A stretch of DNA of 64,000 bases from Eledone cirrhosa (lineage: Eukaryota), in assembly GCA_964016885.1 (NCBI GenBank), contig OZ024756.1:4402001-4466000 (forward strand), given 5' to 3'. Both the position numbers and the translations under genes were made by a program. Below, one piece after another: positions 39,741 through 57,800 of this stretch; within the stretch, counting starts at the first letter, position 1; the number at the start of each line of letters is the position of its first letter. The notes under the pieces are model-generated. The model searched no databases. It was not told the origin of the DNA and was given only the letters and a program-made list of their open reading frames with translations.

Positions 39741-39880
39741 TCAGTTTACCAAATGATTCGATAATGGTGAGTTTCGTTTCAATTAATTTCCTTTATCATC
39801 AGTGGCTCAAGATTTGAGCCATGGTTCTTCTATGATCGTTTCTTCTTGAAATATATAATTATTTGTTTAACTGGTTTCAG

Positions 39881-42800
39881 TACTGGAGATATACTAAGAT
39901 GTACTGGAGAGAGATATACTGGAGATATACTGGAGATATACTGGAGATATACTGAGATATAATGGAGATATACTGAGATATACTGGAGATATATTGGAGA
40001 TATACTGTAGATATACTGAGAATATACTGGAGATATACTGGAGAGAGATATAGTGGAGATATACTGGAGATATATTGCAGATATACTGGATATATACTGG
40101 GATATACTGGAGATATACTGGAGATATAGTGGAGATATACTGAGATATACTGGAGATATACTGGGGATATATTGGAGATATACTGGAGATATACTGAGAT
40201 ATACTGGAGATACACTGGAGATATACTGGAGATATACTGGAGATATACTGTAGATATACTGGAGATATACTGGAGATATAGTGGAGATATACTGGAGATA
40301 TACTGGAGATATAGTGGAGATATACTGGAGATATACTGGAGATATACTGGAGATATACTGGGGATATACTGGAGATATACTCGGGATATACTGGAGAGAT
40401 ACTAGTGTTATACTGGAGATATACTGGAGATATACTGGAGCTATACTGGAGATATACTGGAGATATACTGGAGATATACTGGAGATATACTGGAGATATA
40501 CTGGAAATACACTGGAGATACACTGGAGATATACTGGAGATAAACTGGAGATATACTGTAGATATACTGGAGATATACTGGAGATATATTAGGGATATAC
40601 TGGGGATATACTAGAGATATACTGGAGATATACTGGAGATATACTGGAGATATACTGGAGATATACTGGAGATATACTGGAGATATACTGGAGATATACT
40701 GGAAATACACTGGAGATACACTGGAGATATACTGGAGATAAACTGGAGATATACTGTAGATATACTGGAGATATACTGTAGATATACTGGAGATATACTG
40801 GAGATATATTAGGGATATACTGGGGATATACTGGAGATATACTGGGGATATACTGGAGATATACAGGAGATATACTACAGATATACTGGATATCTACTGA
40901 GGTTATACTGGGGATATACAGGAGATATACTGGAGATATACTGGAGATATACTGGAGATATACTGGATATATACTGGAGATATACTGGAGATATACTGGA
41001 GATATACTATGATATACTGGAGATATACTGGATATATATTGGAGATATACTGGAGATATACTGGGATATACTGCAGATATACTGGAGATATACTAGGGAT
41101 AGACTGGAGATATACTGGAGACATATTGAAGATATACTGTAGATATACTGGAGATACACAGGAGATATACTGGGGATATACTGGAGATATACTGGAGATA
41201 CACAGGAGATATACTGGGGATATACTGGAGATATACTGGAGATATATGGAGATAAACTGGAGATATACTGGACATATACTGGGGTTACACTGGAAATATA
41301 CTGGAGATGTATTGGAGATATACTAAGATATAGTGGAGATATACTAAGATATACTGGAGTAATACTGGAGATATATACTGGGGCATACTGGAGATATACT
41401 AGGGTTATACTGGAGACATACTGGAGATATACTGGGGATATACTGGAGATATGCTAGGGATATACTGGAGATATACTGAGGATATACTGGATACATATTG
41501 AAGATATACTGGAGATATACTGGAGACATATTGAAGATATACTGGAGATATACTGGAGATATACTGGAGATACACTGGAGATACACTGGAGATATACTGG
41601 AGATATACTGAAGATATACTGAAGATATACTGGAGATATACTGGAGATATACTGAAGATATACTGGAGATATATTGGAGATATACTGGAGATATACTGGA
41701 GATATACTGGAGATATACTGGAGATATACTGGAGATATAATGGAGATATATTGGAGATATATTGGAGATAAACTGGAGATATACTGGAGTTATACTGAAG
41801 ATATACTGGAGATATACAGGAGATATACTGGAGATATACTGGAGATAAACTGGAGATATACTGGATATATACTGGAGATATACTGGAGATAAACTGGAGA
41901 TATAATGGAGATATATTGGAGATATACTGGAGATATACTGGAGATATACTGAAGATATACTGGAGATAAACAGGAGATATACTGGAGATATACTGGAGAT
42001 AAACTGGAGATATACTGAAAATATACTGGAGATATACTGGAGATATCCTGGAGATATACTGGAGATATCCTGGAGATATACTGGAGATATACTGGAGATA
42101 TACTGGAGATATATTGGAGATATACTGGAGATATACTGGAGATATACTGAAGATATACTGGAGATAAACAGGAGATATACTGGAGATATACTGGAGATAA
42201 ACTGGAGATATACTAAAGATATATTGGAGATATACTAAGATATTATGGAAAATACTGGAGATATATACTGGGGATATACTGGAGATATACTGGGGCATAC
42301 TGGAGATATACTAGGGTTATACTGGAGACATACTGGAGATATACTGGATATACTGCAGATATACTGGAGATACACTGGAGATACACTGGAGATATAGTGG
42401 AGATATACTGGAGATATACTGGAGACATACTGGAGATATACTGGAGATATACTGGAAATATACTGGAGATATATTGGAGATATACTGGAGATATACTGAA
42501 TATATTCTGGAGATATATTGCAGATATACTGGAGATATACTGAGATATACTGGAGATATACTGGAGATATAGTGGAGATATACTGAGATATACTGGAGAT
42601 ATACTGGAGATATACTGGGGATATATTGGAGATATACTGGAGATATACTGAGATATACTGGAGATACACTGGAGATATACTGGAGATATACTGGAGATAT
42701 ACTGTAGATATACTGGAGATATACTGGAGATATACTGGAGATATACTGGAGATATAGTGGAGATATACTGGAGATATACTGGAGATATAGTGGAGATATA

Positions 42801-45800
42801 CTGGAGATATACTGGAGATATACTGGAGATATACTGGGGATATACTGGAGATATACTCGGGATATACTGGAGAGATACTAGTGTTATACTGGAGATATAC
42901 TGGAGATATACTGGAGATATACTGGAGATATACTGGAGATATACTGGAGATATACTGGAGATATACTGGAGATATACTGGAAATACACTGGAGATACACT
43001 GGAGATATACTGGAGATAAACTGGAGATATACTGTAGATATACTGGAGATATACTGGAGATATATTAGGGATATACTGGGGATATACTAGAGATATACTG
43101 GAGATATACTGGAGATATACTGGAGATATACTGGAGATATACTGGAGATATACTGGAGATATACTGGAAATACACTGGAGATACACTGGAGATATACTGG
43201 AGATTAACTGGAGATATACTGTAGATATACTGGAGATATACTGGAGATATATTAGGGATATACTGGGGATATACTGGAGATATACTGGGGATATACTGGA
43301 GATATACAGGAGATATACTACAGATATACTGGATATCTACTGAGGTTATACTGGGGATATACAGGAGATATACTGGAGATATACTGGAGATATACTGGAT
43401 ATATACTGGAGATATACTGGAGATATACTGGGGATATACTATGATATACTGGAGATATACTGGATATATATTGGAGATATACTGGAGATATACTGGGATA
43501 TACTGCAGATATACTGGAGATATACTAGGGATATACTGGAGATATACTGGAGACATATTGAAGATATACTGTAGATATACTGGAGATACACAGGAGATAT
43601 ACTGGGGATATACTGGAGATATACTGGAGATACACAGGAGATATACTGGGGATATACTGGAGATATACTGGAGATATATGGAGATAAACTGGAGATATAC
43701 TGGACATATACTGGGGTTACACTGGAGATATACTGGAGATGTATTGGAGATATACTAAGATATAGTGGAGATATACTAAGTTATACTGGAGTAATACTGG
43801 AGATATATACTCGGGCATACTGGAGATATACTAGGGTTATACTGGAGACATACTGGAGATATACTGGGGATATACTGGAGATATGCTAGGGATATACTGG
43901 AGATATGCTAGGGATATACTGGAGATATACTGAGGATATACTGGATACATATTGAAGATATACTGTAGATATACTGGAGACATATTGAAGATATACTGGA
44001 GATATACTAGAGATATACTGGAGATATACTGGGGATATACTGGAGATTACAGGAGATACACTACAGGTATACTGGGGTTATACTGGAGATATATTGGAGA
44101 TATACTGGAGATATACAGGAGATATACTGGAAATATACTGGAGATATACTGGAGATATACTGGAGATACACTGGAGATACACTGGAGATATACTGGAGAT
44201 ATACTGAAGATATACTGGAGATATACTGGAGATATACTGAAGATATAGTGGAGATATACTGAAGATATACTGGAGATATATTGGAGATATATTGGAGATA
44301 TACTGGAGATATACTGGAGATATACTGGAGATATACTGGATATATACTGGAGATATACTGGAGATATACTGGGGATATACTATGATATACTGGAGATATA
44401 CTGGATATATATTGGAGATATACTGGAGATATACTGGGATATACTGCAGATATACTGGAGATATACTAGGGATATACTGGAGATATACTGGAGACATATT
44501 GAAGATATACTGTAGATACAGAGGAGATATACTGGGGATATACTGGAGATATACTGGAGATACACAGGAGATATACTGGGGATATACTGGAGATATACTG
44601 GAGATATATGGAGATAAACTGGAGATATACTGGACATATACTGGGGTTACACTGGAGATATACTGGAGGTGTATTGGAGATATACTAAGATATAGTGGAG
44701 ATATACTAAGATATACTGGAGTAATACTGGAGATATATACTGGGGCATACTGGAGATATACTAGGGTTATACTGGAGACATACTGGAGATATACTGGGGA
44801 TATACTGGAGATATGCTAGGCATATACTGGAGATATACTGAGGATATACTGGATACATATTGAAGATATACTGTAGATATACTGGAGACATATTGAAGAT
44901 ATACTGGAGATATACTGGAGATACACTGGAGATACACTGGAGATATACTGGAGATATACTGAAGATATACTGGAGATATACTGGAGATATACTGAAGATA
45001 TACTGGAGATATATTGGAGATATACTGGAGATATACTGGAGATATACTGGAGATATACTGGAGATATACTGGAGATATAATGGAGATATATTGGAGATAT
45101 ATTGGAGATAAACTGGAGATATACTGGAGTTATACTGAAGATATACTGGAGATATACAGGAGATATACTGGAGATATACTGGAGATAAACTGGAGATATA
45201 CTGGATATATACTGGAGACATACTGGAGATAAACTGGAGATATAATGGAGATATATTGGAGATATACTGGAGATATACTGGAGATATACTGAAGATATAC
45301 TGGAGATAAACAGGAGATATACTGGAGATATACTGGAGATAAACTGGAGATATACTGAAAATATACTGGAGATATACTGGAGATATCCTGGAGATATACT
45401 GGAGATATCCTGGAGATATACTGGAGATATACTGGAGATATACTGGAGATATACTGGAGATATATTGGAGATATACTGGAGATATACTGGAGATATACTA
45501 AAGATATACTGGAGATATACTGGAGATATACTGAAGATATACTGGAGATAAACAGGAGATATACTGGAGATATACTGGAGATAAACTGGAGATATACTAA
45601 GGATATATTGGAGATATACTAAGATATTATGGAAAATACTGGAGATATATACTGGGGATATACTGGAGATATACTGGGGCATACTGGAGATATACTAGGG
45701 TTATACTGGAGACATACTGGAGATATACTGGATATACTGCAGATATACTGGAGATACACTGGAGATACACTGGAGATATAGTGGAGATATACTGGAGATA

Positions 45801-48800
45801 TACTGGAGACATACTGGAGATATACTGGAGATATACTGGAAATATACTGGAGATATATTGGAGATATACTGGAGATATACTGAATATATTCTGGAGATAT
45901 ATTGCAGATATACTGGAGATATACTGAGATATACTGGAGATATAGTGGAGATATAGTGGAGATATACTGAGATATACTGGAGATATACTGGAGATATACT
46001 GGGGATATATTGGAGATATACTGGAGATATACTGAGATATACTGGAGATACACTGGAGATATACTGGAGATATACTGGAGATATACTGTAGATATACTGG
46101 AGATATACTGGAGATATAGTGGAGATATACTGGAGATATACTGGAGATATACTGGAGATATACTGGGGATATACTGGAGATATACTCGGGATATACTGGA
46201 GAGATACTAGTGTTATACTGGAGATATACTGGAGATATACTGGAGATATACTGGAGATATACTGGAGATATACTGGAGATATACTGGAGATATACTGGAG
46301 ATATACTGGAAATACACTGGAGATACACTGGAGATATACTGGAGATAAACTGAAGATATACTGTAGATATACTGGAGATATACTGGAGATATATTAGGGA
46401 TATACTGGGGATATACTAGAGATATACTGGAGATATACTGGAGATATACTGGAGATATACTGGAGATATACTGGAGATATACTGGAGATATACTGGAAAT
46501 ACACTGGAGATACACTGGAGATATACTGGAGATATACTGTAGATATACTGGAGATATACTGGAGATATATTAGGGATATACTGGGGATATACTGGAGATA
46601 TACTGGGGATATACTGGAGATATACAGGAGATATACTACAGATATACTGGATATCTACTGAGGTTATACTGGGGATATACAGGAGATATACTGGAGATAT
46701 ACTGGAGATATACTGGAGATATACTGGATATATACTGGAGATATACTGGAGATATACTGGGGATATACTATGATATACTGGAGATATACTGGATATATAT
46801 TGGAGATATACTGGAGATATACTGGGATATACTGGAGATATACTAGGGATATACTGGAGATATACTGGAGACATATTGAAGATATACTGTAGATATACTG
46901 GAGATACACATGAGATATACTGGGGATATACTGGAGATATACTGGAGATACACAGGAGATATACTGGGGATATACTGGAGATATACTGGAGATATATGGA
47001 GATAAACTGGAGATATACTGGACATATACTGGGGTTACACTGGAGATATACTGGAGATGTATTGGAGATATACTAAGATATAGTGGAGATATACTAAGAT
47101 ATACTGGAGTAATACTGGAGATATATACTGGGGCATACTGGAGATATACTAGGGTTATACTGGAGACATACTGGAGATATACTGGGGATATACTGGAGAT
47201 ATGCTAGGGATATACTGGAGATATACTGAGGATATACTGGATACATATTGAAGATATACTGTAGATATACTGGAGACATATTGAAGATATACTGGAGATA
47301 TACTAGAGATATACTGGAGATATACTGGGGATATACTGGAGATTACAGGAGATACACTACAGATATACTGGGGTTATACTGGAGATATATTGGAGATATA
47401 CTGGAGATATACAGGAGATATACTGGAAATATACTGGAGATATACTGGAGATATACTGGAGATACACTGGAGATACACTGGAGATATACTGGAGATATAC
47501 TGAAGATATACTGGAGATATACTGGAGATATACTGAAGATATACTGGAGATATATTGGAGATATACTGGAGATATACTGGAGATATACTGGAGATATACT
47601 GGATATATACTGGAGATATACTGGAGATATACTGGGGATATACTATGATATACTGGAGATATACTGGATATATATTGGAGATATACTGGAGATATACTGG
47701 GATATACTGCAGATATACTGGAGATATACTAGGGATATACTGGAGATATACTGGAGACATATTGAAGATATACTGTAGATATACTGGAGATACACAGGAG
47801 ATATACTGGGGATATACTGGAGATATACTGGAGATACACAGGAGTTATACTGGGGATATACTGGAGATATACTGGAGATATATGGAGATAAACTGGAGAT
47901 ATACTGGACATATACTGGGGTTACACTGGAGATATACTGGAGATGTATTGGAGATATACTAAGATATAGTGGAGATATACTAAGATATACTGGAGTAATA
48001 CTGGAGATATATACTGGGGCATACTGGAGATATACTAGGGTTATACTGGAGACATACTGGAGATATACTGGGGATATACTGGAGATATGCTAGGGATATA
48101 CTGGAGATATACTGAGGATATACTGGATACATATTGAAGATATACTGTAGATATACTGGAGACATATTGAAGATATACTGGAGATATACTGGAGATATAC
48201 TGGAGATTCACTGGAGATACACTGGAGATATACTGGAGATATACTGAAGATATACTGGAGATATACTGCAGATATACTGAAGATATACTGGAGATATATT
48301 GGAGATATATTGGAGATATACTGGAGATATACTGGAGATATACTGGAGATATAATGGAGATATATTGGAGATATATTGGAGATAAACTGGAGATATACTG
48401 GAGTTATACTGAAGATATACTGGAGATATACAGGAGATATACTGGAGATATACTGGAGATAAACTGGAGATATACTGGAGATATACTGGAGATATACTGG
48501 AGATAAACTGGAGATATAATGGAGATATATTGGAGATATACTAGAGATATACTGGAGATATACTGAAGATATACTGGAGATAAACAGGAGATATACTGGA
48601 GATATACTGGAGATAAACTGGAGATATACTGAAAATATACAGGAGATATACTGGAGATATCCTGGAGATATACTGGAGATATCCTGGAGATATACTGGAG
48701 ATATACTGGAGATAAACAGTAGATATACTGGAGATAAACTGGAGATATACTAAAGATATATTGGAGATATACTAAGATATTATGGAGAAATACTGGAGAT

Positions 48801-51800
48801 ATATACTGGGGATATACTGGAGATATATTGGAGATATACTGGAGATATACTGGAGATATACTGAAGATATACTGGAGATAAACAGGAGATATACTGGAGA
48901 TATACTGGAGATATACTGGAGATAAACTGGAGATATACTAAAGATATATTGGAGATATACTAAGATATTATGGAAAATACTGGAGATATATACTGGGGAT
49001 ATACTGGAGATATACTGGGGCATACTGGAGATATACTAGGGTTATACTGGAGACATACTGGAGATATACTGGATATGCTGCAGATATACTGGAGATACAC
49101 TGGAGATACACTGGAGATACACTGGAGATATAGTGGAGATATACTGGAGATATACTGGAGATATACTGGAGATATACTGGAAATATACTGGAGATATATT
49201 GGAGATATACTGGAGATATACTGAATATATTCTGGAGATATATTGCAGATATACTGGAGATACACTGGAGATACACTGGAGATTTACTGGAGATATACTG
49301 GTGATATACTGGAGATATACTGGACATATACTGGACATATACTGGAGATATACTCGAGATATACTGAAGATATACTGGAGAAATACTGGGGATATATACT
49401 GGGGATATACTGAAGATATACTGGGGTATACTGTAGATATACTGGAGATAAACTGGAGATATACTGGAGATATACTGGAGATATACTGGAGATATACTGG
49501 AGATATACTGGAGATATACTGGAGATATCCTGGAGATATACTGGAGATATACTGGAGATATCCTGGAGATATACTGGGGATATACTGGAGATATGCTAGG
49601 GAAATACTGCAGATATACTGAGGATATACTGGAGACATATTGAAAATATACTGTAGATATACTGGAGACATATTGAAGATATACTGGGGATATACTGGAG
49701 ATATACTGGGGATATACTGGAGATATACAGGAGATATACTACAGATATACTGGATATCTACTGAGGTTATACTGGGGATATACAGGAGATATACTGGAGA
49801 TATACTGGATATATACTGGAGATATACTGGATATATACTGGAGATATACTGGAGATATACTGGGGATATACTATGATATACTGGAGATATACTGGATATA
49901 TATTGGAGATATACTGGAGATATACTGGGATATACTGCAGATATACTGGAGATGTACTAGGGATATACTGGAGATATACTGGAGACATATTGAAGATATA
50001 CTGTAGATATACTGGAGATACACAGGAGATATACTGGGGATATACTGGAGATATACTGGAGATACACAGGAGATATACTGGGGATATACTGGAGATATAC
50101 TGGAGATATATGGAGATAAACTGGAGATATACTGGACATATACTGGGGTTACACTGGAGATATACTGGAGATGTATTGGAGATATACTAAGATATAGTGG
50201 AGATATACTAAGATATACTGGAGTAATACTGGAGATATATACTGGGGCATACTGGAGATATACTAGGGTTATACTGGAGACATACTGGAGATATACTGGG
50301 GATATACTGGAGATATGCTAGGGATATACTGGAGATATACTGAGGATATACTGGATACATATTGAAGATATACTGTAGATATACTGGAGACATATTGAAG
50401 ATATACTGGAGATATACTAGAGATATACTGGAGATATACTGGGGATATACTGGAGATTACAGGAGATACACTACAGATATACTGGGGTTATACTGGAGAT
50501 ATATTGGAGATATACTGGAGATATACAGGAGATATACTGGAAATATACTGGAGATATACTGGAGATATACTGGAGATACACTGGAGATACACTGGAGATA
50601 TACTGGAGATATACTGAAGATATACTGGAGATATACTGGAGATATACTGAAGATATACTGGAGATATATTGGAGATATACTGGAGATATACTGCAGATAT
50701 ACTGGAGATATACTGGAGATATAATGGAGATATATTGGAGATATATTGGAGATAAACTGGAGATATACTGGAGTTATACTGAAGATATACTGGAGATATA
50801 CAGGAGATATACTGGAGATATACTGGAGATAAACTGGAGATATACTGGAGATATACTGGAGATATACTGGAGATATACTGGAGATATACTGGAGATAAAC
50901 TGGAGATATAATGGAGATATATTGGAGATATACTGGAGATATACTGGAGATATACTGAAGATATACTGGAGATAAACAGGAGATATACTGGAGATATACT
51001 GGAGATAAACTGGAGATATACTGAAAATATACTGGAGATATACTGGAGATATCCTGGAGATATACTGGAGATATCCTGGAGATATACTGGAGATATACTG
51101 GAGATATACTGGAGATATATTGGAGATATACTGGAGATATACTGGAGATATACTGAAGATATACTGGAGATAAACAGGAGATATACTGGAGATATACTGG
51201 AGATAAACTGGAGATATACTAAAGATATATTGGAGATATACTAAGATATTATGGAAAATACTGGAGATATATACTGGGGATATACTGGAGATATACTGGG
51301 GCATACTGGAGATATACTAGGGTTATACTGGAGACATACTGGAGATATACTGGATATACTGCAGATATACTGGAGATACACTGGAGATACACTGGAGATA
51401 TAGTGGAGATATACTGGAGATATACTGGAGACATACTGGAGATATACTGGAAATATTCTGGAGATATATTGGAGATATACTGGAGATATACTGAATATAT
51501 TCTGGAGATATATTGCAGATATACTGGAGATACACTGGAGATACACTGGAGATATACTGGAGATATACTGGAGATATACTGGAGATATACTGGACATATA
51601 CTGGACATATACTGGAGATATACTCGAGATATACTGAAGATATATTGGAGATATACTAGGATATACTGGAGAAATACTGGGGATATATACTGGGGATATA
51701 CTGAAGATATACTGGGGTATACTGTAGATATACTGGAGATAAACTGGAGATATACTGGAGATATACTGGAGATATACTGGAGATATACTGGAGATATACT

Positions 51801-54800
51801 GGAGATATACTGGAGATATCCTGGAGATATACTGGAGATATCCTGGAGATATACTGGGGATATACTGGAGATATTCTAGGGAAATACTGGAGATATACTG
51901 AGGATATACTGGAGACATATTGAAAATATACTGTAGATATACTGGAGACATATTGAAGATATACTGGAGATATACTAGAGATATACTAGAGATATACTGG
52001 AGATATACTGGGGATATACTGGAGATATACAGGAGATATACTACAGATATACTCGATATATACTGGGGTTATACTGGGGATATACAGTAGATATACTGGA
52101 GATATACTGGAGATATACTGGAGATATATTGGAGATATACTGGAGATATACTGGAGATATACTGAAGATATATTGGAGATATACTGGAGATATACTGGAG
52201 ATAAACAGGAGATATACTGGAGATATACTGGAGATAAACTGGAGATATCCTGGAGATATATTGGAGATATACTGGAGATATACTGGAAAATATACTAACG
52301 ATATTTTGGAGATATACTAAGATATACTGGAGAAACACTTGAGATATATACTGGGGATATACTGGAGATATACTGGGGCATACTGGAGATATACTAGGGT
52401 TATACTGGAGACATACTGGAGATATACTGGAGATATACTGGGGATATACTATGATATACTGGAGTTATACTAGATATATATTGGAGATATACTGGAGATA
52501 TACTGGAGATATACTGAATATATATTGGAGATATACTGGAGATATACTGGGGATATACTGCAGATATACTGGAGATATACTACGGATATACTGGAGATAT
52601 ACTGGAGACATATTGAAGATATACTGTAGATATACTGGAGATACACAGGAGATATACTGGGGATATACTGGAGATATACTGGAGATATACTAGACATATC
52701 CTGGGGTTACACTGGAGATATACTGGTGATATATTGGAGATATACTAAGATATACTGGAGATATACTGGAGATATACTGGAGATATACTGGAGATATACT
52801 GGAGATATACCTGAGATATACCTGAGAGATACCTGAGATATACTGGAGACATACTGGAGATAAACTAGGCATATACTGGAGATATACTGGAGATATACTG
52901 AGGATATACTGGAGATATACTGGAGATATACTAAAGATATACTGGAGAAATACTGGAGATATATACTGGGACTATACTGGAGATATGCTAGGGATATACT
53001 GGAGATATACTGAGGATATACTAGAGACATATTGAAGATATACTGTAGATATACTGGAGACATATTGAAGATATACTGGAGATGTACTAGAAATATACTG
53101 GAGATATACTGGGGATATACTAGAGATATACAGGAGATATACTACAGATATACTGGATATATACTGGGGTTATACTGGAGATATACAGGAGATATAGTGG
53201 AGATATACTGGATATATATTGGAGATATACTGGAGATATACTGGGCATATACTGGAGATATACTGGAGATATACTGGAGATATACTGGAGATATACCTAG
53301 GATATACCTGAGATATACTGGAGACATACTGGAAATAAACTAGGCATATATTGGAGATATACTGGAGATATATACTGGGGATATACTGGAGATATACTGG
53401 GCATACTGGAGATATACTAGGGTTATACTGGAGACATACTGGAGATATACTGGGGATATACTGGAGATATGCTAGGGATATACTGGAGATATACTGAGGA
53501 TATACTGGAGAGATATTGAAGATATACTGTAGATATACTGGAGACATATTGAAGATATACTGGAGATATACTAGAGATATACTGGAGATATACTGGGGAT
53601 ATACTGGAGATATACAGGAGATATACTACAGATATACTGGATATATACTGGGGTTATACTGGAGATATACAGGAGATATACTGGAGATATACTGGTGATA
53701 TACTGGAGATATACTGGAGATATACTGGAGATATACTGGAGATATACTGGAGATATACTGGAGATATACTGGAGATAAACTGGAGATATACTGGAGATAT
53801 ACTGAATATATATTGGAGATATACTGGAGATATACTGGAGATAAACAGGAGATATACTGGAGATATACTGGAGATAAACTGGAGATATACTGAATATATA
53901 TTGGAGATATACTGGAGATATACTGGAGATATACTGGAGATATACTGGAGATATACTGGAGATATACTGGAGATATACTGGAGATATACTGGAGATATAC
54001 TGGAGATATACTGGAGATATACTGGAGATATACTGGAGATATACTGGAGATATACTGGAGATATACTGGAGATATAATGGAGATATATTGGAGATATACT
54101 GGAGATATACTGGAGATATACTGAAGATATACTGGAGATAAACAGTAGATATACTGGAGATAAACTGGAGATATACTAAAGATATATTGGAGATATACTA
54201 AGATATTATGGAGAAATACTGGAGATATATACTGGGGATATACTGGAGATATATTGGGGCATACTGGAGATATACTAGGGTTATACTGGAGACATACTGG
54301 AGATATACTGGATATACTGCAGATATACTGGAGATACACTGGAGATACACTGGAGATATAGTGGAGATATACTGGAGATATACTGGAAATATACTGGAGA
54401 TATATTGGAGATATACTGAATATATTCTGGAGATAAACTGGAGATATACTGGACATATACTGGAGATATACTCGAGATATACTGAAGATATATTGGAGAT
54501 ATACTAAGATATACTGGAGAAATACTGGGGATATATACTGGGGATATACTGAACATATACTGGGGTATACTGTAGATATACTGGAGATAAACTGGAGATA
54601 AACTGGAGATATACTGGAGATATACTGGAGATATACTGGAGATATACTGAAGATATCCTGGAGGCATATTGAAAATATACTGGAGATATACTGGGGATAT
54701 ACTGGAGATATACAGGAGATATACTACAGATATACTCGATATATACTGGGGTTATACTGGTGATATACAGGAGATATACTGGAGATATACTGGAGATATA

Positions 54801-57800
54801 CTGGAGATATATTGGAGATATACTGGAGATATACTGGAGATATACTGAAGATATATTGGAGATATACTGGAGATATACTGGAGATAAACAGGAGATATAC
54901 TGGAGATATACTGGAGATAAACTGGAGATATCCTGGAGATATATTGGAGATATACTGGAGATATACTGGAAAATATACTAACGATATTTTGGAGATATAC
55001 TAAGATATACTGGAGAAACACTTGAGATATATACTGGGGATATACTGGAGATATACTGGGGCATACTGGAGATATACTAGGGTTATACTGGAGACATACT
55101 GAAGATATACTGGAGATATACTGGGGATATACTATGATATACTGGAGTTATACTAGATATATATTGGAGATATACTGGAGATATACTGGAGATATACTGA
55201 ATATATATTGGAGATATACTGGAGATATACTGGGGATATACTGCAGATATACTGGAGATATACTACGGATATACTGGAGATATACTGGAGACATATTGAA
55301 GATATACTGTAGATATACTGGAGATACACAGGAGATATACTGGGGATATACTGGAGATATACTGGAGATATACTAGACATATCCTGGGGTTACACTGGAG
55401 ATATACTGGTGATATATTGGAGATATACTAAGATATACTGGAGATATACTGGAGATATACTGGAGATATACTGGAGATATACTGGGGATTTACTGGAGAT
55501 ATACTGGAGATATACTGGAGATATACTGGAGATATACTGGAGATATACCTGAGATATACCTGAGAGATACCTGAGATATACTGGAGACATACTGGAGATA
55601 AACTAGGCATATACTGGAGATATACTGGAGATATACTGAGGATATACTGGAGATATACTGGAGATATACTAAAGATATACTGGAGAAATACTGGAGATAT
55701 ATACTGGGGCTATACTGGAGATATGCTAGGGATATACTGGAGATATACTGAGGATATACTAGAGACATATTGAAGATATACTGTAGATATACTGGAGACA
55801 TATTGAAGATATACTGGAGATGTACTAGAAATATACTGGAGATATACTGGGGATATACTAGAGATATACAGGAGATATACTACAGATATACTGGATATAT
55901 ACTGGGGTTATACTGGAGATATACAGGAGATATAGTGGAGATATACTGGATATATATTGGAGATATACTGGAGATATACTGGGCATATACTGGAGATATA
56001 CTGGAGATATACTGGAGATATACTGGAGATATACCTAGGATATACCTGAGATATACTGGAGACATACTGGAAATAAACTAGGCATATATTGGAGATATAC
56101 TGGAGATATATACTGGGGATATACTGGAGATATACTGGGCATACTGGAGATATACTAGGGTTATACTGGAGACATACTGGAGATATACTGGGGATATACT
56201 GGAGATATGCTAGGGATATACTGGAGATATACTGAGGATATACTGGAGAGATATTGAAGATATACTGTAGATATACTGGAGACATATTGAAGATATACTG
56301 GAGATATACTAGAGATATACTGGAGATATACTGGGGATATACTGGAGATATACAGGAGATATACTACAGATATACTGGATATATACTGGGGTTATACTGG
56401 AGATATACAGGAGATATACTGGAGATATACTGGAGATATACTGGAGATATACTGGAGATATACTGGAGATATACTGGAGATAAACTGGAGATATACTGGA
56501 GATATACTGAATATATATTGGAGATATACTGGAGATATACTGGAGATAAACAGGAGATATACTGGAGATATACTGGAGATAAACTGGAGATATACTGAAT
56601 ATATATTGGAGATATACTGGAGATATACTGGAGATATACTGGAGATATACTGGAGATATACTGGAGATATACTGGAGATATACTGGAGATATACTGGAGA
56701 TATACTGGAGATATACTGGAGATATACTGGAGATATACTGGAGATATACTGGAGATATACTGGAGATATACTGGAGATATAATGGAGATATATTGGAGAT
56801 ATACTGGAGATATACTGGAGATATACTGAAGATATACTGGAGATAAACAGTAGATATACTGGAGATAAACTGGAGATATACTAAAGATATATTGGAGATA
56901 TACTAAGATATTATGGAGAAATACTGGAGATATATACTGGGGATATACTGGAGATATATTGGGGCATACTGGAGATATACTAGGGTTATACTGGAGACAT
57001 ACTGGAGATATACTGGATATACTGCAGATATACTGGAGATACACTGGAGATACACTGGAGATATAGTGGAGATATACTGGAGATATACTGGAAATATACT
57101 GGAGATATATTGGAGATATACTGAATATATTCTGGAGATAAACTGGAGATATACTGGACATATACTGGAGATATACTCGAGATATACTGAAGATATATTG
57201 GAGATATACTAAGATATACTGGAGAAATACTGGGGATATATACTGGGGATATACTGAACATATACTGGGGTATACTGTAGATATACTGGAGATAAACTGG
57301 AGATAAACTGGAGATATACTGGAGATATACTGGAGATATACTGGAGATATACTGAAGATATCCTGGAGGCATATTGAAAATATACTGGAGATATACTGGG
57401 GATATACTGGAGATATACAGGAGATATACTACAGATATACTCGATATATACTGGGGTTATACTGGTGATATACAGGAGATATACTGGAGATATACTGGAG
57501 ATATACTGGAGATATATTGGAGATATACTGGAGATATACTGGAGATATACTGAAGATATATTGGAGATATACTGGAGATATACTGGAGATAAACAGGAGA
57601 TATACTGGAGATATACTGGAGATAAACTGGAGATATCCTGGAGATATATTGGAGATATACTGGAGATATACTGGAAAATATACTAACGATATTTTGGAGA
57701 TATACTAAGATATACTGGAGAAACACTTGAGATATATACTGGGGATATACTGGAGATATACTGGGGCATACTGGAGATATACTAGGGTTATACTGGAGAC